Source: Antedon mediterranea (Eukaryota; Animalia; Echinodermata). From it: DNA of 64,000 bases. This document shows, in pieces, positions 1-12,111 of the stretch; within the stretch, counting starts at the first letter, position 1, and each line of letters begins with the position of its first letter. The stretch spans positions 16,926,001-16,990,000 of the forward strand of contig NC_092674.1 in assembly GCF_964355755.1 (NCBI RefSeq), given 5' to 3'. Both the position numbers and the translations under genes were made by a program. The notes below the pieces were generated by a model that was given only the letters and a program-made list of their open reading frames with translations, was not told the origin of the DNA and ran no database searches.

Positions 1-198
1 CATCATACCATGGCGTTCCATACTACGACACATCAATGGTACTTCCAGCAGTTTCATGCAGTCTTTATCTACTGTTGCTGTCCACTCATTAAATGTTTTT
101 CGAATAAACTCATCCAAGGCAATGCTTAGTTGTGTATACTGTATCTTGGTTTCAGCACCAGTACCAATGTGTGGTAAGAAATAAGCTTTATCAAGAAC
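1..198 (-). CDS. DNAH2: DNAH2-like coding exon 12, running off the window edge (VLDKAYFLPHIGTG...)
   Basis: FLPHIGTG and DEFIRKTFNEW continue the dynein tail; acceptor at 199-200. Confidence 0.93.
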
Positions 199-1187
199 CT
201 AACATAAAACAAATACATATGTCGTAATTGTTGTATTTAAGGAGTACTATGCAATCGTAGTCATTTATTTGTATTTCCTGTACCATATTGTGCATTTTGT
301 TAATACAGTACTATTATGTGGTATGTATGAATAGTCTTCTTTCTTTTATTTCTAAATTTCTAATTTTGTGTTTCAGATCGATATATTGTATAAAGCAAAA
401 TAAATATTCAAACAATTCATTATGGGTGGTATTTTTTAAAGAGGTGCAACTGTGGAGCTGCTTGTTTACCACCATCCCAAACCTGAATGGTTGGCAGTTT
501 TTTGGTATGGTCAATGATTCATGGTAGCTGTTGACACCAACTTTGCCAGCAACGTAGATGCTTTCTTTCAATTTTCCTCATCCCAACCTTTCTTTAACCC
601 ACATAGCTCCTGCAAGATTATCTTGGCTGAAATGATAAATGAGTGAGGATTGCTTTTCTTGTTGGCATCACATTGAAAATGATGAATTTAATTCTTGCAC
701 ATTCCATTGACTTCCAAGAGCTCTTCTGCAGGCAAATTCTCTTTAAAGTCCAAGTCGGCTAACAAGACATCTTTACTATAGTTGACTTCAAAGGTGTGCA
801 AACTTATGAAACAAAAAACAGCAACTGAGCTGAGTAAACGATAACCCTACAAAGGAACAAAAGGCCCACACACTGTGCATGCTGCCATGTAAATAATATG
901 TAAATTAGATAAAGTTGGCACTTCCTGAATATAATTAAGTCATCTCTTTCTATGTAGGCCTAACGATACATTGATGACTTCTGCATGAGCTAGTACGTCT
1001 ATAATTTCTTTATACAAACCACGCTCTGCTTCGCTAAGCAGCGGGTATAGATCTACGTAAGCTTGGCGCACAGTAATTTCTTGATCTATGACCTCCTGTA
1101 TAGTGTCCTCACTAGGATTTGATTCCTCTTTAACTAAAGCGAAAACCCAGTGTAATTTCTTTCTTTCTTTATCCAATGCTTTCTTCT

Positions 1188-1780
1188 TTATTACCTCCGC
1201 CAAGGAGGTTATGTTTTCACCCCTGTATGTTTGTGTGTGTGTTTGTGTGTGTGTCTGTGAACAGCTTGGAGGCCACAGTTTTTATCTGATTCTCACCAAA
1301 TTTGGCAACAATGATCTATGCCCCAAAAGCTCGGACGAGTTTGAATTTGAGGGGAAAAGGTCATAGGTCAAGGTCACAACTAACAAAAAACTATTTTACT
1401 GCCTAGAGACCACAGTTTTTATCCGATTCTCACCAAACTTAGCCACAATGATCAATGACACATCATATAATTGTGGTTAAATTTTGAAGGGTCAGGGTCA
1501 AAGATCAAGGTCCACAAAAAACAAACAAAAAAAGAAAAAAAAAATAATAAAAAAAAAAACCTCAGTGGGACTTAAACCAGCGATCTCAACTGTGAGAGGC
1601 TGGATACATAACCATTACACCACACTGTCATCCACAACTTTGTAGTGTGCAGTTAACATACAGTATTTACACTTAGAACTAATAAAAAAAATGAAAAAAA
1701 AAAAAAATATTCAGGGGGCATTTTATGTAGGGGAATTTTACAGTAGGCGGAGGTTTGTACTCTCGGAGTACCCTCTAGTT
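1188..1780 (+). mobile_element. Non-autonomous Helentron/Helitron2-type (HINE-like) element
   Basis: Subterminal inverted repeats ACCTCCGCC (1193) and GGCGGAGGT (1746), a (GT)n microsatellite, a 3' hairpin GTACTC-tcg-GAGTAC and CTAG, inserted in a T run. Confidence 0.75.
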
Positions 1781-2883
1781 TTGTATATAATACTCCAAGC
1801 CTTTCTCTGTAAATTTTCTCTCTCTCTCTCTTTGCCATTGTTTCGTTGTTTACTATAGTTGACTTCAACTAGGTCACTGCTCATACCTCGTACGTATATT
1901 AATGGATGCAGTACAAGTAAATCCACAATATAGTTGTATTCACTTTTCACTTTAATACTCATACTATCATGCTATACTGCAGTTTACACTGTGCTGGTAA
2001 ACAACGATACAAGGCTAAAAAAAAACACAGCAACTGAGCCGAGTAAACGATAACCAGCTACCTTCTAAAACAAAGGAACAAAAGAAAATCAAACACTGTA
2101 ACATTTACTGTAGCTATATCGAACCCACCATGTCGACATAATAACATCAAGGATTAAGGTAACTACACTTTTCAAAACTTTGACTTACAGTCATCCATAG
2201 AAAAGTTCCTAAGTACAGTGGTCAGAACTTCTTTGTGATGAAATTCTTGTTGTCCTGGGGGCTGTTGCAAAGTTAGTACATGAAGGGGAGGATTTCGCAC
2301 CAAACTGTCAGCCTATAAGTCACTGGTTCCTTTGTCAAGTTCTCATTCGGTCACCACCAGAAGCGGGCACCTGAACTTGATAGAACAAAGCAGTGATATC
2401 TCCTATACATGATATTGGATTGGTGCAAAATCTCATAAGAATGCCCACTAGATTGTTAAGAATATTTGGGCCTGTAATAAGCTAAATAAACTACAGTAGT
2501 ATGTCAGAATCCTACAAAGTAGCCGACAAAGGCATGGTTAGTTAAGAAGTTCTACTAAGTTTAAACACAGCAGCAACTTTGTCATGCCTACAATGGTTAT
2601 AGGCTGTATTGACTGCTAAGGTTACACTGTACTGCTTGCACAACAACAAGAAGCAATGCCAATAACTGAATGATTAACTACTGAAATACACCGGAGGATA
2701 AGTATACCCTATAGTAGCATAAAGCAATAATAGCAATAAGCACTCAAAATTATGCACATGTGTATTTAACTAATTTAAAAGCATTAATTATCATAAGAGT
2801 GCCTTAGCTAATGTACATAGATGATGCTCAGCTACAGCTAAAATGTTTTCTAGGAAATGTAATCAAAATATCATTTAATTCAC

Positions 2884-3066
2884 CTCCATTGACCGATCAA
2901 TACGTCGACGCAAACACCTTGCCCAGTATGCCTGACCACCATATTTCGGCATGTTTGAGTTAAGCTGGGGATTCTTGCGAGTAAGTTCCTTCTTAACACT
3001 ATTGAGTTCATCATTAAACATAGAATATACTTCAACGGTTTTTTTATCAATTGTACGTCGAATAGC
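2884..3066 (-). CDS. DNAH2: DNAH2-like coding exon 11 (AIRRTIDKK...LRRRIDRSME)
   Basis: 183-nt open exon, taacag acceptor, gtga donor, motif G.A.W...LRRRIDR. Confidence 0.95.
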
Positions 3067-3321
3067 CTGTTAAAAAAAATGTTAAAAAGTAACTTCAAAA
3101 AAACAAAAGGACTGCAAAATAAAAAGTTAGAAACTGACAGTTTGGGGGGTCATTTCCTGATATCACGTTTGTGACGACCAGCACATGTGACCGCTTGTGA
3201 ATTACATACATATTCAAGCCAAACTTATACTGTATGTAATTTCAGTAAAAAAAATTTTCATAAATTGTTTTATTGTGATATAATCAATAAAAAGTAGTAA
3301 TTGCTCTAGTAGTTCTATCAA

Positions 3322-3690
3322 CTTTTGTATGCACTTTGAGGTCCAGAGAATTTGACTTCAGAAATTGGTTTAGGATGGTCAAACAATCATTTTTGGTTTG
3401 GTTACACATTTTGAAAATGTGATGAAAGGTCATGGTGAAAGGTTATAAGACCAAACACCAATATGTCCTTAAATCTCAACAACCACTGGTCGCAGCAAGA
3501 TAATTTTGGTCTCAAATCGATGAGAAGGTATACATTCAATCATATTCAGTCTAATGGGACATTTTAGTAAAAAATGATTGGAAATGCCATTTCTGACCTC
3601 TGACCCACAACCCAGGCCATGTATGCATCTACTGGTCGTAGACACTTGAATTTGGTCTCAAATTGTTCGCAATATACATTTTTGCATTGT
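3322..3690 (+). repeat. Dispersed repeat, copy 1
   Basis: Highly similar to about 20463-20990 (gtatgcactttgaggtccagagaatttgact...), with internal subrepeats ctactggtcgtagacacttgaa. Confidence 0.7.
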
Positions 3691-4865
3691 GACAGAACAA
3701 CATAACTGCACAGAGACGTACAGACGTAATGTTATGCAATATTAGGAAGTCAAACGTAATAGAGTTATATGCTGGACATATTGTATAATAGTCATGAAAC
3801 TATGTTTTTAAGTTTCTATGTGGGTATGGCATTTCTGATCATTTTCTACTAAATTCCCTATTAGACTGAATATGAATGCCTCCCCAAGTTGCAAAAGGTC
3901 CATATTTTATTATAGTCTTTTGGTTTATGTAAAATATTTATATTCAAAGAAATCATAATCATTCATTTACCAACCAGTAGCACAATAAAAATAGTGAAAA
4001 TATCAAGAACCGTCAATATACTAGAATGCCATTAAAGAATAACTTATTAGGTTATGTGCATTATCATATTGTCAGAATCTTTATTTATTTAATCTCACTC
4101 CCTATTTTCATACATGAGGAACCTGACTATAATTAGTAAACAGGGTTTATTAGGTGTTAAAAATCAGTACCAAAAGTATGTACTGTACCAACTTACACAA
4201 TTTTCCCCTATATATAACATCTTTATTGCAACATTTGACAGTATGCATAATCAACCTAAGCATACAATTTGTTTTGGATTTGGACGATGACTTTCAGATC
4301 TAGTCAAATGCAGCAGCATACATTTGTCAGTAGCATTTTATTGGTAATACACCAAATAGCTTGAATTGAAGGTCTTTGTAAAATATTTTTTATTATCATT
4401 TTGGGTGTTTCTGATGACCCTATATTAATCTTAGAATCAACACAGGAAGGGAGGTCAGACACAGAAAAGTTAAAAGGAATAGGTACAATTATGGAACCCA
4501 ATGAGACCCAAGATTTAAAAGACACCTTAAATTTAACTCGCTGTGACCTACATGATATGACCTAAACAAATCTAGCAGTGATTCACACTCACAGATACCA
4601 GCATTATGCTTTACACCAAACAAGAAATATTGCATCTATGTGAGAAAGGGAATGCTCATCAAGAATTTTGACCATTCAGTTATAGCATCTGTGAGCAAAG
4701 CAAAGTGGTACAGGACCTTCCATTTAAAAATCTGTGCTGGTTATCTGGAAGGAGTTTACTATCTTTAAAGAATATAATTAAATAATGAGCAACAATAATA
4801 CCAACAGTGGAGTGGAGGTCTATAATTATATCTACATTGCTAGTGATAAAATTTAGTGTAACTAC

Positions 4866-4995
4866 CTCTCTGGCAGACAGATGCTGAAAAGCATCTAGAA
4901 GCTCAACACCCTGTGCAACCATAGAAATTGTTTCAAATGCAGTGGTGATCACATTTTGAACCATGACTTCTAGATCTTTGATTCCAGCCCGAAAT
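4866..4995 (-). CDS. DNAH2: DNAH2-like coding exon 10 (FRAGIKDLEVM...HLSARE)
   Basis: Lies within ORF 4680..5063; FRAGIKDLEVM is DNAH2-like; phases consistent. Confidence 0.95.
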
Positions 4996-6323
4996 CTGAC
5001 AAATAAATCAAAGTTATTGTGAAATATAAATATGAATACAGTAGAACCCCTCCTTTGGGACATTCCTATTAAGGGAACACTTTCTCATGAAATGAAGGGG
5101 AAATATATGTTTTAACACTACGGCCAACCCCTTCTCAGGGGACACCCCTACAAAGGGGACAGGGATATTCATCAACCCCTATTAAGAGGACAATATTTTT
5201 TCATAAAAACAAAAAATAAGACAAAATAATTATATTCATTTATATCGTTTTAAATTAAAAAAATGGATAGTGACTCTTTAATTACACTTGTTTTTTTTAA
5301 CTTGGTAAAAATTCATGAATTGTGCATAAATTTTTTTCACAAACTATGATGATGTAATTTTTTTTTAAATTTTGATTGGTCAGTTTTAACGATCGTATCA
5401 TTGAAGTTGAACTTGGTTTCACTTCAAAATTTGCAGATTTTAACGATTTTTAGCAGTGATTTTTACCACTTTTCCTGTAAAAAAACTGTTGAATACGGTA
5501 AATTTATGCAATTCGCCGCAACTCAAGGTTGATTGGAAAACAGGCTTTAATTTTGATTAGAAAAGAGAATATACTACTAATTATTAAAACAATATTGCCT
5601 TCAGCTAGGCCCTTCATGTTACTAGCAAGGGGCAATTTGCTCAGTGTTTTTCTTAAATGGATTGATTTCGACCACAAGTTAACTGTGCAAGTGCAAAATC
5701 TCTGAGCTGCGGTTATTTGCATAACAAAGGCAAAGACACAAAACCATGGTCACTTCCAATCTCTTCGTTTAGGCTCGGTAATTGGCTGTGTAATAGATGA
5801 CCTAAAAACCAAAAGCCAATCAACAAACACTACAATATCTAAAATATGTGGAAATTCATGAAAAAAATCTAAAACTCCACATGACATACATGATCCAAAA
5901 AAGTTATTTAATAGTCTATTATAGGTTAAAGTAATTTTAAGCTTATCTGTTAACAGTATAATAATTCAAATTTAAAAAATTACATATCTTAATAATTCTC
6001 AAATAATTTTATTCTGTTGTCTGATTTTAATAAAATAAAAATCACTTTCTTGTCAATTCAAAAAGAAATTATTTTTCCATGATTAAACCACGACACATTT
6101 GTCAATAGAGTAATCAGAATGCACATACAATTTATAAATTATCAGTTGATTTGCAACTTCCCATAGAGGGTTGTGGCAAGAGACAATGTGTTCAAAAAGG
6201 CAGACAGCAGTTATTTAGCACAGACTAGCAGATCAAATTATTCTTTTATCTTACTGCCAAATTTTCTCTTATTTGTCAATGATATGACTAAACACTTTGC
6301 TTTATCAAGCAAATGAATCTCAC

Positions 6324-6529
6324 CTATTATAATCATCATGCCATGTAGTAGCTTTTACATCAAGAATTGTGTGTTTGACATTTCGAAGAATCTGCAAATT
6401 TTTTTCAAAAGTACCTTCAATCTCCAAAAGACTACGAGTAATCTCTGGCCCACGCTGACCAGAAAAATATGGCATTAGGGTTTTATTACCATCTTCACGT
6501 CGTGCAAAATGTCTCTGACACTCGCATAC
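6324..6529 (-). CDS. DNAH2: DNAH2-like coding exon 9 (VCECQRHFAR...ILDVKATTWHDDYN)
   Basis: Motif ILDVK...WH.DYN; cttag acceptor, gtgag donor; 206 nt. Confidence 0.95.
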
Positions 6530-6728
6530 CTAAGAAAACAGACACATTTTTAGTCAACAAGCCTAAAAGTAAAACCTTAAACTGTTTTCTTTCCGAAAAT
6601 AAGTGCTTTGATTGCATCTTCTATCTTCTTGGCAGTGAAAAGCAAGCACGGTTTTATGGTACAGTATTTTGTTTTAGAAAACATGAAATTTAACAAAAAT
6701 ATGAAATCATCTACAGTATGTAACTTGC
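6530..6728 (-). other. GC-AG intron
   Basis: The donor AG|GCAAGT is required to keep the conserved reading DLLE-VCEC. Confidence 0.88.
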
Positions 6729-6836
6729 CTCTAAAAGATCACGGCATCTCTGAATAAATGCCTCTACCTGAGCAAAGATGCTGGTTTGGTCTAGAACCCA
6801 ACCTTCCTCACTAAGACGATGATGCATGGCACGAAT
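6729..6836 (-). CDS. DNAH2: DNAH2-like coding exon 8 (IRAMHH...WVLDQTSIFAQVEAFIQRCRDLLE)
   Basis: Conserved dynein motif IFAQV.AF.QRC.DL.E; ends at a GCAAGT donor. Confidence 0.95.
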
Positions 6837-7415
6837 CTAAAAACCATAAAATGAATTGCTTACCTACAGTGCAGTATATCAGTTTATTTCTTACATCCTC
6901 TATTCTTTTTTATTTTTCTTCACATAGGGAAACATACAACAGTTTAAACATCATTACATTTCAGTTTCCTTGATCTTTTAAAATTTTATTTAATATGAAA
7001 ATGAGATGTTATCAAGTTTTCATACATTTCAAGAAATATGTTAAAAATGCCTTGCATTCTGAAGAGCTAAATCAATTTTAAAATGAAGCATATTTTAAAA
7101 CGTTTACAATTGTTTTTACATCTTATCAGACTAGCACAGAGGGTGCAGACTGTAACTTTCATTATGCTTGTATAACTTATAGGATAATAATTTTAAAATT
7201 GTGGACATTGTCATGCAAACAAACATACAAAGCAAGTAATAATATTCAAGAATTTTGCAAAGTACAAACTACAGCGAATGAGAAACTACCTTAAAAACAT
7301 CAAATTATTTTGGCATGAATGGATGAATCTTGACCTTCCACCCTTCTGTAGGTTTGTGACTGAATTCTTCTGTATTTACATCCTTTACAGGCATATAAGT
7401 ACAGTAACTATATAA

Positions 7416-7478
7416 AAGATGTAGGTCAAGTGTTATTATAGCTTCAAAAACATTATAATAACACTTGACCTACATCTT
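7416..7478. repeat. Perfect 25-bp inverted repeat with a 13-nt loop
   Basis: aagatgtaggtcaagtgttattata / tataataacacttgacctacatctt. Confidence 0.9.
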
Positions 7479-7610
7479 ATTCTCAAAGTATGTTGGTCTG
7501 AATAAATTACCCCTGACCTTTGAAATTTCCCCTACCTGTGATTTATTTTCTTTATTTTCAATAATTTAGGTACATGAATGGATGACAATACAAATGTGTG
7601 TAAACCTTAC

Positions 7611-7748
7611 CCATCTGTAAGTCTCTTTCCAGCTGTTACAACAATTAATACATTCATTCAGGCTCTTGGTTGATGTAAGTACATTGCCATCAAATAGCTT
7701 ATCTAGGTTAATTTCCTTGCAGCATCTATGGATAATCTCATTGCTAAG
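7611..7748 (-). CDS. DNAH2: DNAH2-like coding exon 7 (LSNEIIHRCC...WKETYRW)
   Basis: Lies within ORF 7566..7796; ttacag acceptor, gtaagg donor; 138 nt. Confidence 0.95.
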
Positions 7749-7983
7749 CTGTAAATTAAAAATATATAAATTAATTTCAAAAAGTATAAGAGTCATTTTA
7801 TAAATATATTAAAGTAAAAATGTTTTCATTCAAAGTGAATAATTAATAATATTTTTTAAATTCATCTGAAATTAAGAAAAATCATCATATAAAAAATCCC
7901 ATTTTAACAAAAACCATACACAAAATTAGTTTGATTTTACAGACATTTTAATTGAAATAGCTAAAAAACAACAAACAACTAAC

Positions 7984-8175
7984 TTTTCGAAAAAGTCCTG
8001 TCAATCTCTCCCTGCTTTTATAGTGATCAGAGTTAAGCCAAATCATGCGCACTTTATTGATGAGCTTAGGAAGCAGAGGGGGTATATCAGCAGGTCTAGA
8101 TTTGGAAAGTTCTTCACAATCAGCCGATAGAGTAGACAGGAACTTTAGGTTGCTTTGAGCCTTAGCTGATCCATC
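7984..8175 (-). CDS. DNAH2: DNAH2-like coding exon 6 (DGSAKAQSNLKFL...RERLTGLFRK)
   Basis: DHC_N1 motifs AQSNLKFL and RMIWLNS.HY; canonical splice sites; 192 nt. Confidence 0.95.
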
Positions 8176-9979
8176 CTAAGGCATAAAATAAACCAGTAAT
8201 ATTTTTTATTGTTTTTATTTGAGGAATACACTTTTTTAAAATTACTATGAAGTGAATAGATTTCTCTAAAAACAAAATAGAACTAGATTTAATTTGTAAC
8301 TATAGTATGACGAAATATAGGTTATATGCATTGATTTAATAAAGATAATTTAATTTTAAAAGATTGATTGATTGATTTTGTCAGAATCTTTAATTATTTA
8401 TTTTATATGAAAGATAGGATCTTGGCAATGCAAATACAATAGCCGGTATCACTGCACATCGAGCCATATACACTTGAATAAAACAATTCGATAAAAGATC
8501 CCTCCGCATATATGTCATAAACCACCCTTGTTACATAATAATAAAGACATTATTTTTTCGCTAGATTTCATTATAAATCATGCATATAATTTATACACTA
8601 AGAAATAAAATTGAACAAACAATACAGATAGAAACAAAAATCTAGTTTTTTTTCCTAAAGTGAGACTCGATCTCAATACCTTGAATATTATAGACGCGAT
8701 CACAGCCACTGAGCCATATACACACCTGAATAAAAGAATATTCCTCTGTGTATTTGTTATGCAGTAACCACTTTGGCGCAGATAGATTATTATATACCGC
8801 AATGAATCATAATTTTTTACTACGACGATATCTTTAAACATTTTTTTAATGATGCAAATTATATATTTTCAACTTTAATATATGAACATTTTAAGAAGAA
8901 GGTTAATCAGTCGGCCTCAGTATGCATGACATGTTGCTTATATCAAATATAGGTCTGCAGATAGAAGAATTTGTGACTTCTACCTTTACAAAAAAGATTA
9001 GTTAGGCAACATTATAAAGAAGAATACAAGGAGAACCTGAATAAGAAATTTGTTTGGAAAACTACAAGGTATTTTTTTGTGATATTTGGTGTATCATGAT
9101 ACATCTTTCTAGGCTGAAACCAAGCCATCGAAAGCTTTCAACAAGCATTATCAAGGGAAAAAAAAACTGTTTATAGACCTTTGTATATAACTGATAACTA
9201 GGGCTAATAATACTAAACAGGAAGTTTCGGGTGTCACGAAACCTAAGAACCCCTAAGACCTAAGATCACAAAACCTAAGACCCAAGACCTAAGAAAATTC
9301 ATTTTCACACATGCCTTGTATTTTAACTCTAAATTTGTTAACCAACTTTAACCTGAATACCACACCTTAGAATTAGATGAAGAAGAGTCAATAAATAACA
9401 GAATAAATACAGACGTTTTTCTCATGCGAATTTCGCATATTCTATGTTCAATATTTTGTTTCTATGGAACGCCAAAAGAGCAACATTAATAGAGGGCTAA
9501 AAACTAGGTGGAATCCATCTATTTAACTAAGTTTTTGGTGAAAATCATGTTCAATTCAATATATTTTGTCACTGTCAATACAAATAAAATGTTACTGTTG
9601 ATACTTTACACAGTCTCTTTAACTTTAAGAATAAAATCGACAAAGTCATCATATCCCCTTAGGTCGCCCTTATGACTAGTGATGCTGATTTTAAGATTGA
9701 TTAATATTCTTTGAAAATAGAAAAATATCAGCATTAACATATTACACCATTTTTACGATTACACGATCGTTAATGGTTTCTTGGTTCTTTCGACGTTGCT
9801 GGGACGTGAAGTTTTGCAAAGCCAAGGCCAGTCACGCGCAGCCGGGCCTGTGTGTGAAAATTGAAAAAGTTACAAGTTTTGATGCTTCAACCCACCCGGC
9901 CTAGGACATGCTTTCGCTGATATCTTAATCTAGTCTTGACACTAAAGACAAACATTAAATTAAATTGTTTTTATATTAA

Positions 9980-10527
9980 AGATGTATTGTCCCTTTGTCA
10001 AATTCCAAAAAAATAAAAATTAGAAGATTTTAAAAAAAAGTGGGTCATTTTGAAGTATCATAATAGTTATTAACTTTCTCCAAAAATTAGTCGAAAAAAA
10101 AAATTATTTAACTGAAATATAGACGTTTTTTAGTTTAAAAAAAAACTGTGACTTCCAGTCAAAGTTTTCGATCAAAACATATCTCATAATGCAACGCGCT
10201 TGTTTGGCTACTCTGTATGCATAATCATAAAACTTCCTCGCGATCTGTGTGAAAACACCTTCTCAACCGTGACGAGTTGTAAGCAATCCTAATTAGGATC
10301 ATGCAAAATGCATACTCTTGGTTTGAAATCTTTGTTTACTTTCTCTCGTGACGATTTTCCAGACGAAATGTAATCAAACTAATTTACCTGTTAATTACGT
10401 AAAATTGTTGTTTTTGGCACGAATTTTCGACTAAAAGTGAATAACTTTAATATTACTTTGATATGGCCAATTTAAATTTAGAATATTTTGACTTTCATTT
10501 TTTTGTGTTTCAAGGGACAATACATCT
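9980..10527. mobile_element. MITE, Kolobok-like
   Basis: TIR AGATGTATTGTCCCTT / AAGGGACAATACATCT, with TTAA on both sides. Confidence 0.8.
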
Positions 10528-10757
10528 TTAAAATTTAGTTTTTACACTTATTTTGAAATATCAGACTTTAAAAGAGTACAAAAAACATCGTCGCGTTGTA
10601 AAAAATCAAGAATTGTCAGCGCGTACGTATCATAACGTTGAAGCCCCTGTGTACGGTAGAACCTTGCTTATTTCCATATGCATGCGCTGCATACAGCAGA
10701 GGCTAGTAGTCTGTATGAGGAGGAGAGCAGGAGAACACTAACCATGTGCTATTTTAC

Positions 10758-11463
10758 GAGGTATATTCAGAGCGTCATTTCGACGATCGAGCATTCTCTA
10801 CTTCTACGGAGCGCCATTTATGCCTTTATTTACTTCCGAAATAGAAATAGTACTACGGTAACTGGTCCATTGGACTAAATTTAGCATTGGTGGAGCACAG
10901 TGACATAAAATAGAAATAAGTCACTAATTTTAATATCTTTTCGTATGTTAATACACTGTGCTCAAGTGGACACAATTTGGCGCCAGTGAGGAGCACAGTG
11001 ATATAAAATAGAAATAAGTCACTGAATTTTAATATCTTTTTGTATGTTAATACACTGTGCTCAAGTGGACCCAATTTGGAGCCAGTGGAGCACAGTGATA
11101 TAAAATAGAAACAAGTCACTGAATTTTAATATCTTTTCGTATGTTATTACATTGTGCTCAAGTGGACCCAATTTGGAGCCAGTGGAGCACAGTGATATAA
11201 AATAGAAACAAGTCACTGAATTTTAATATCTTTTCGCATGTTATTACATTGTGCTCAAGTGGACCCAATTTGGAGCCAGTGGAGCACAGTGATATAAAAT
11301 AGAAACAAGTCACTGAATTGTAATATTATCTTTTCGTATGCTAATACACTGTGCTCAAGTGGACCCAATTTGGAGCCAGGGAGCACAGTGATATAAAATA
11401 GAAATAGTCACTGAATTTTAATATCTTTTCGTATGTTAATACACTGTGCTAATGTGGACCCAA
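10758..11463 (+). mobile_element. Solo arm of the foldback element, with about 6 copies of the 97-bp subrepeat
   Basis: Begins with the same terminus GAGGTATATTCAGAGCGTC as 24640 and has the same tandem unit; no opposite arm nearby. Confidence 0.85.
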
Positions 11464-11872
11464 ATAATAAATTAATGCTCACAATTCAAATATGTTAGAA
11501 AACGATGTTAATGATTGGAATAAGTTAAAAGGTTGTAAAACAGAAATCTGGAAAAAAGAGTGCGCAACAACGCTTAACGTTAAGCAGCATTTTCTATTTC
11601 AATTGAAAAATTTATAAAATAGCTGGTATGATTTGACCATCTAGGTAATATAGACTGGCTAGAGGGTGAACTCCAATGTTATCAAAGTTAGAAAAATGAT
11701 TATTCATGGGGAGGGAACCAAGAAGATGAAGGCTACAATCAACCATTCGTAGTCAAGAACTAATACGCCTGTATTAAGTGTATCAGCGTGAGATCACTTT
11801 TTAGTCTGCCTTCTAGCCAATTTATATAAACTGTTTGGGCTTGACACACAAAACAAAACAATGAAAAAACAC

Positions 11873-12111
11873 CTGAATAAGTTTAGAAAGTTTCCTAAAT
11901 GGTGTTACATATGAAGATTTGGAAAACTCAAGTATTGTCTGGATATGAATGACTCCATGTTTCTGCAACTGTTCACTAATACCGGATAGATCAATACAAC
12001 GATTATGCCAGAACTCTATTTCTTCCAATGGACCAGCATTCTCAGAGGTTTCAATGGCATCTTGTGAAGCTAGAACCTCTTTGATTTGCCTTGTCCAATG
12101 TACCATTGCAG
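11873..12111 (-). CDS. DNAH2: DNAH2-like coding exon 5 (MVHWTRQIKEVL...GPLEEIEFW...LIQ)
   Basis: DHC_N1 signature HWTRQIKEVL / GPLEEIEFW; ORF 11822..12106; ctgcag acceptor and gt donor. Confidence 0.95.

Noticed and set aside
1560-1630. Functional tRNA-Glu gene
   Set aside because: The acceptor stem and T-loop are degenerate, and it lies inside a mobile element.
5038-5200. Tigger/pogo-like terminus TA-CAGTAGAACCCC
   Set aside because: Only one degenerate end is visible, so boundaries cannot be supported.
10860-11463. 97-bp tandem array as a CRISPR array
   Set aside because: There are no unique spacers, the context is eukaryotic, and the array belongs to a foldback transposon arm.
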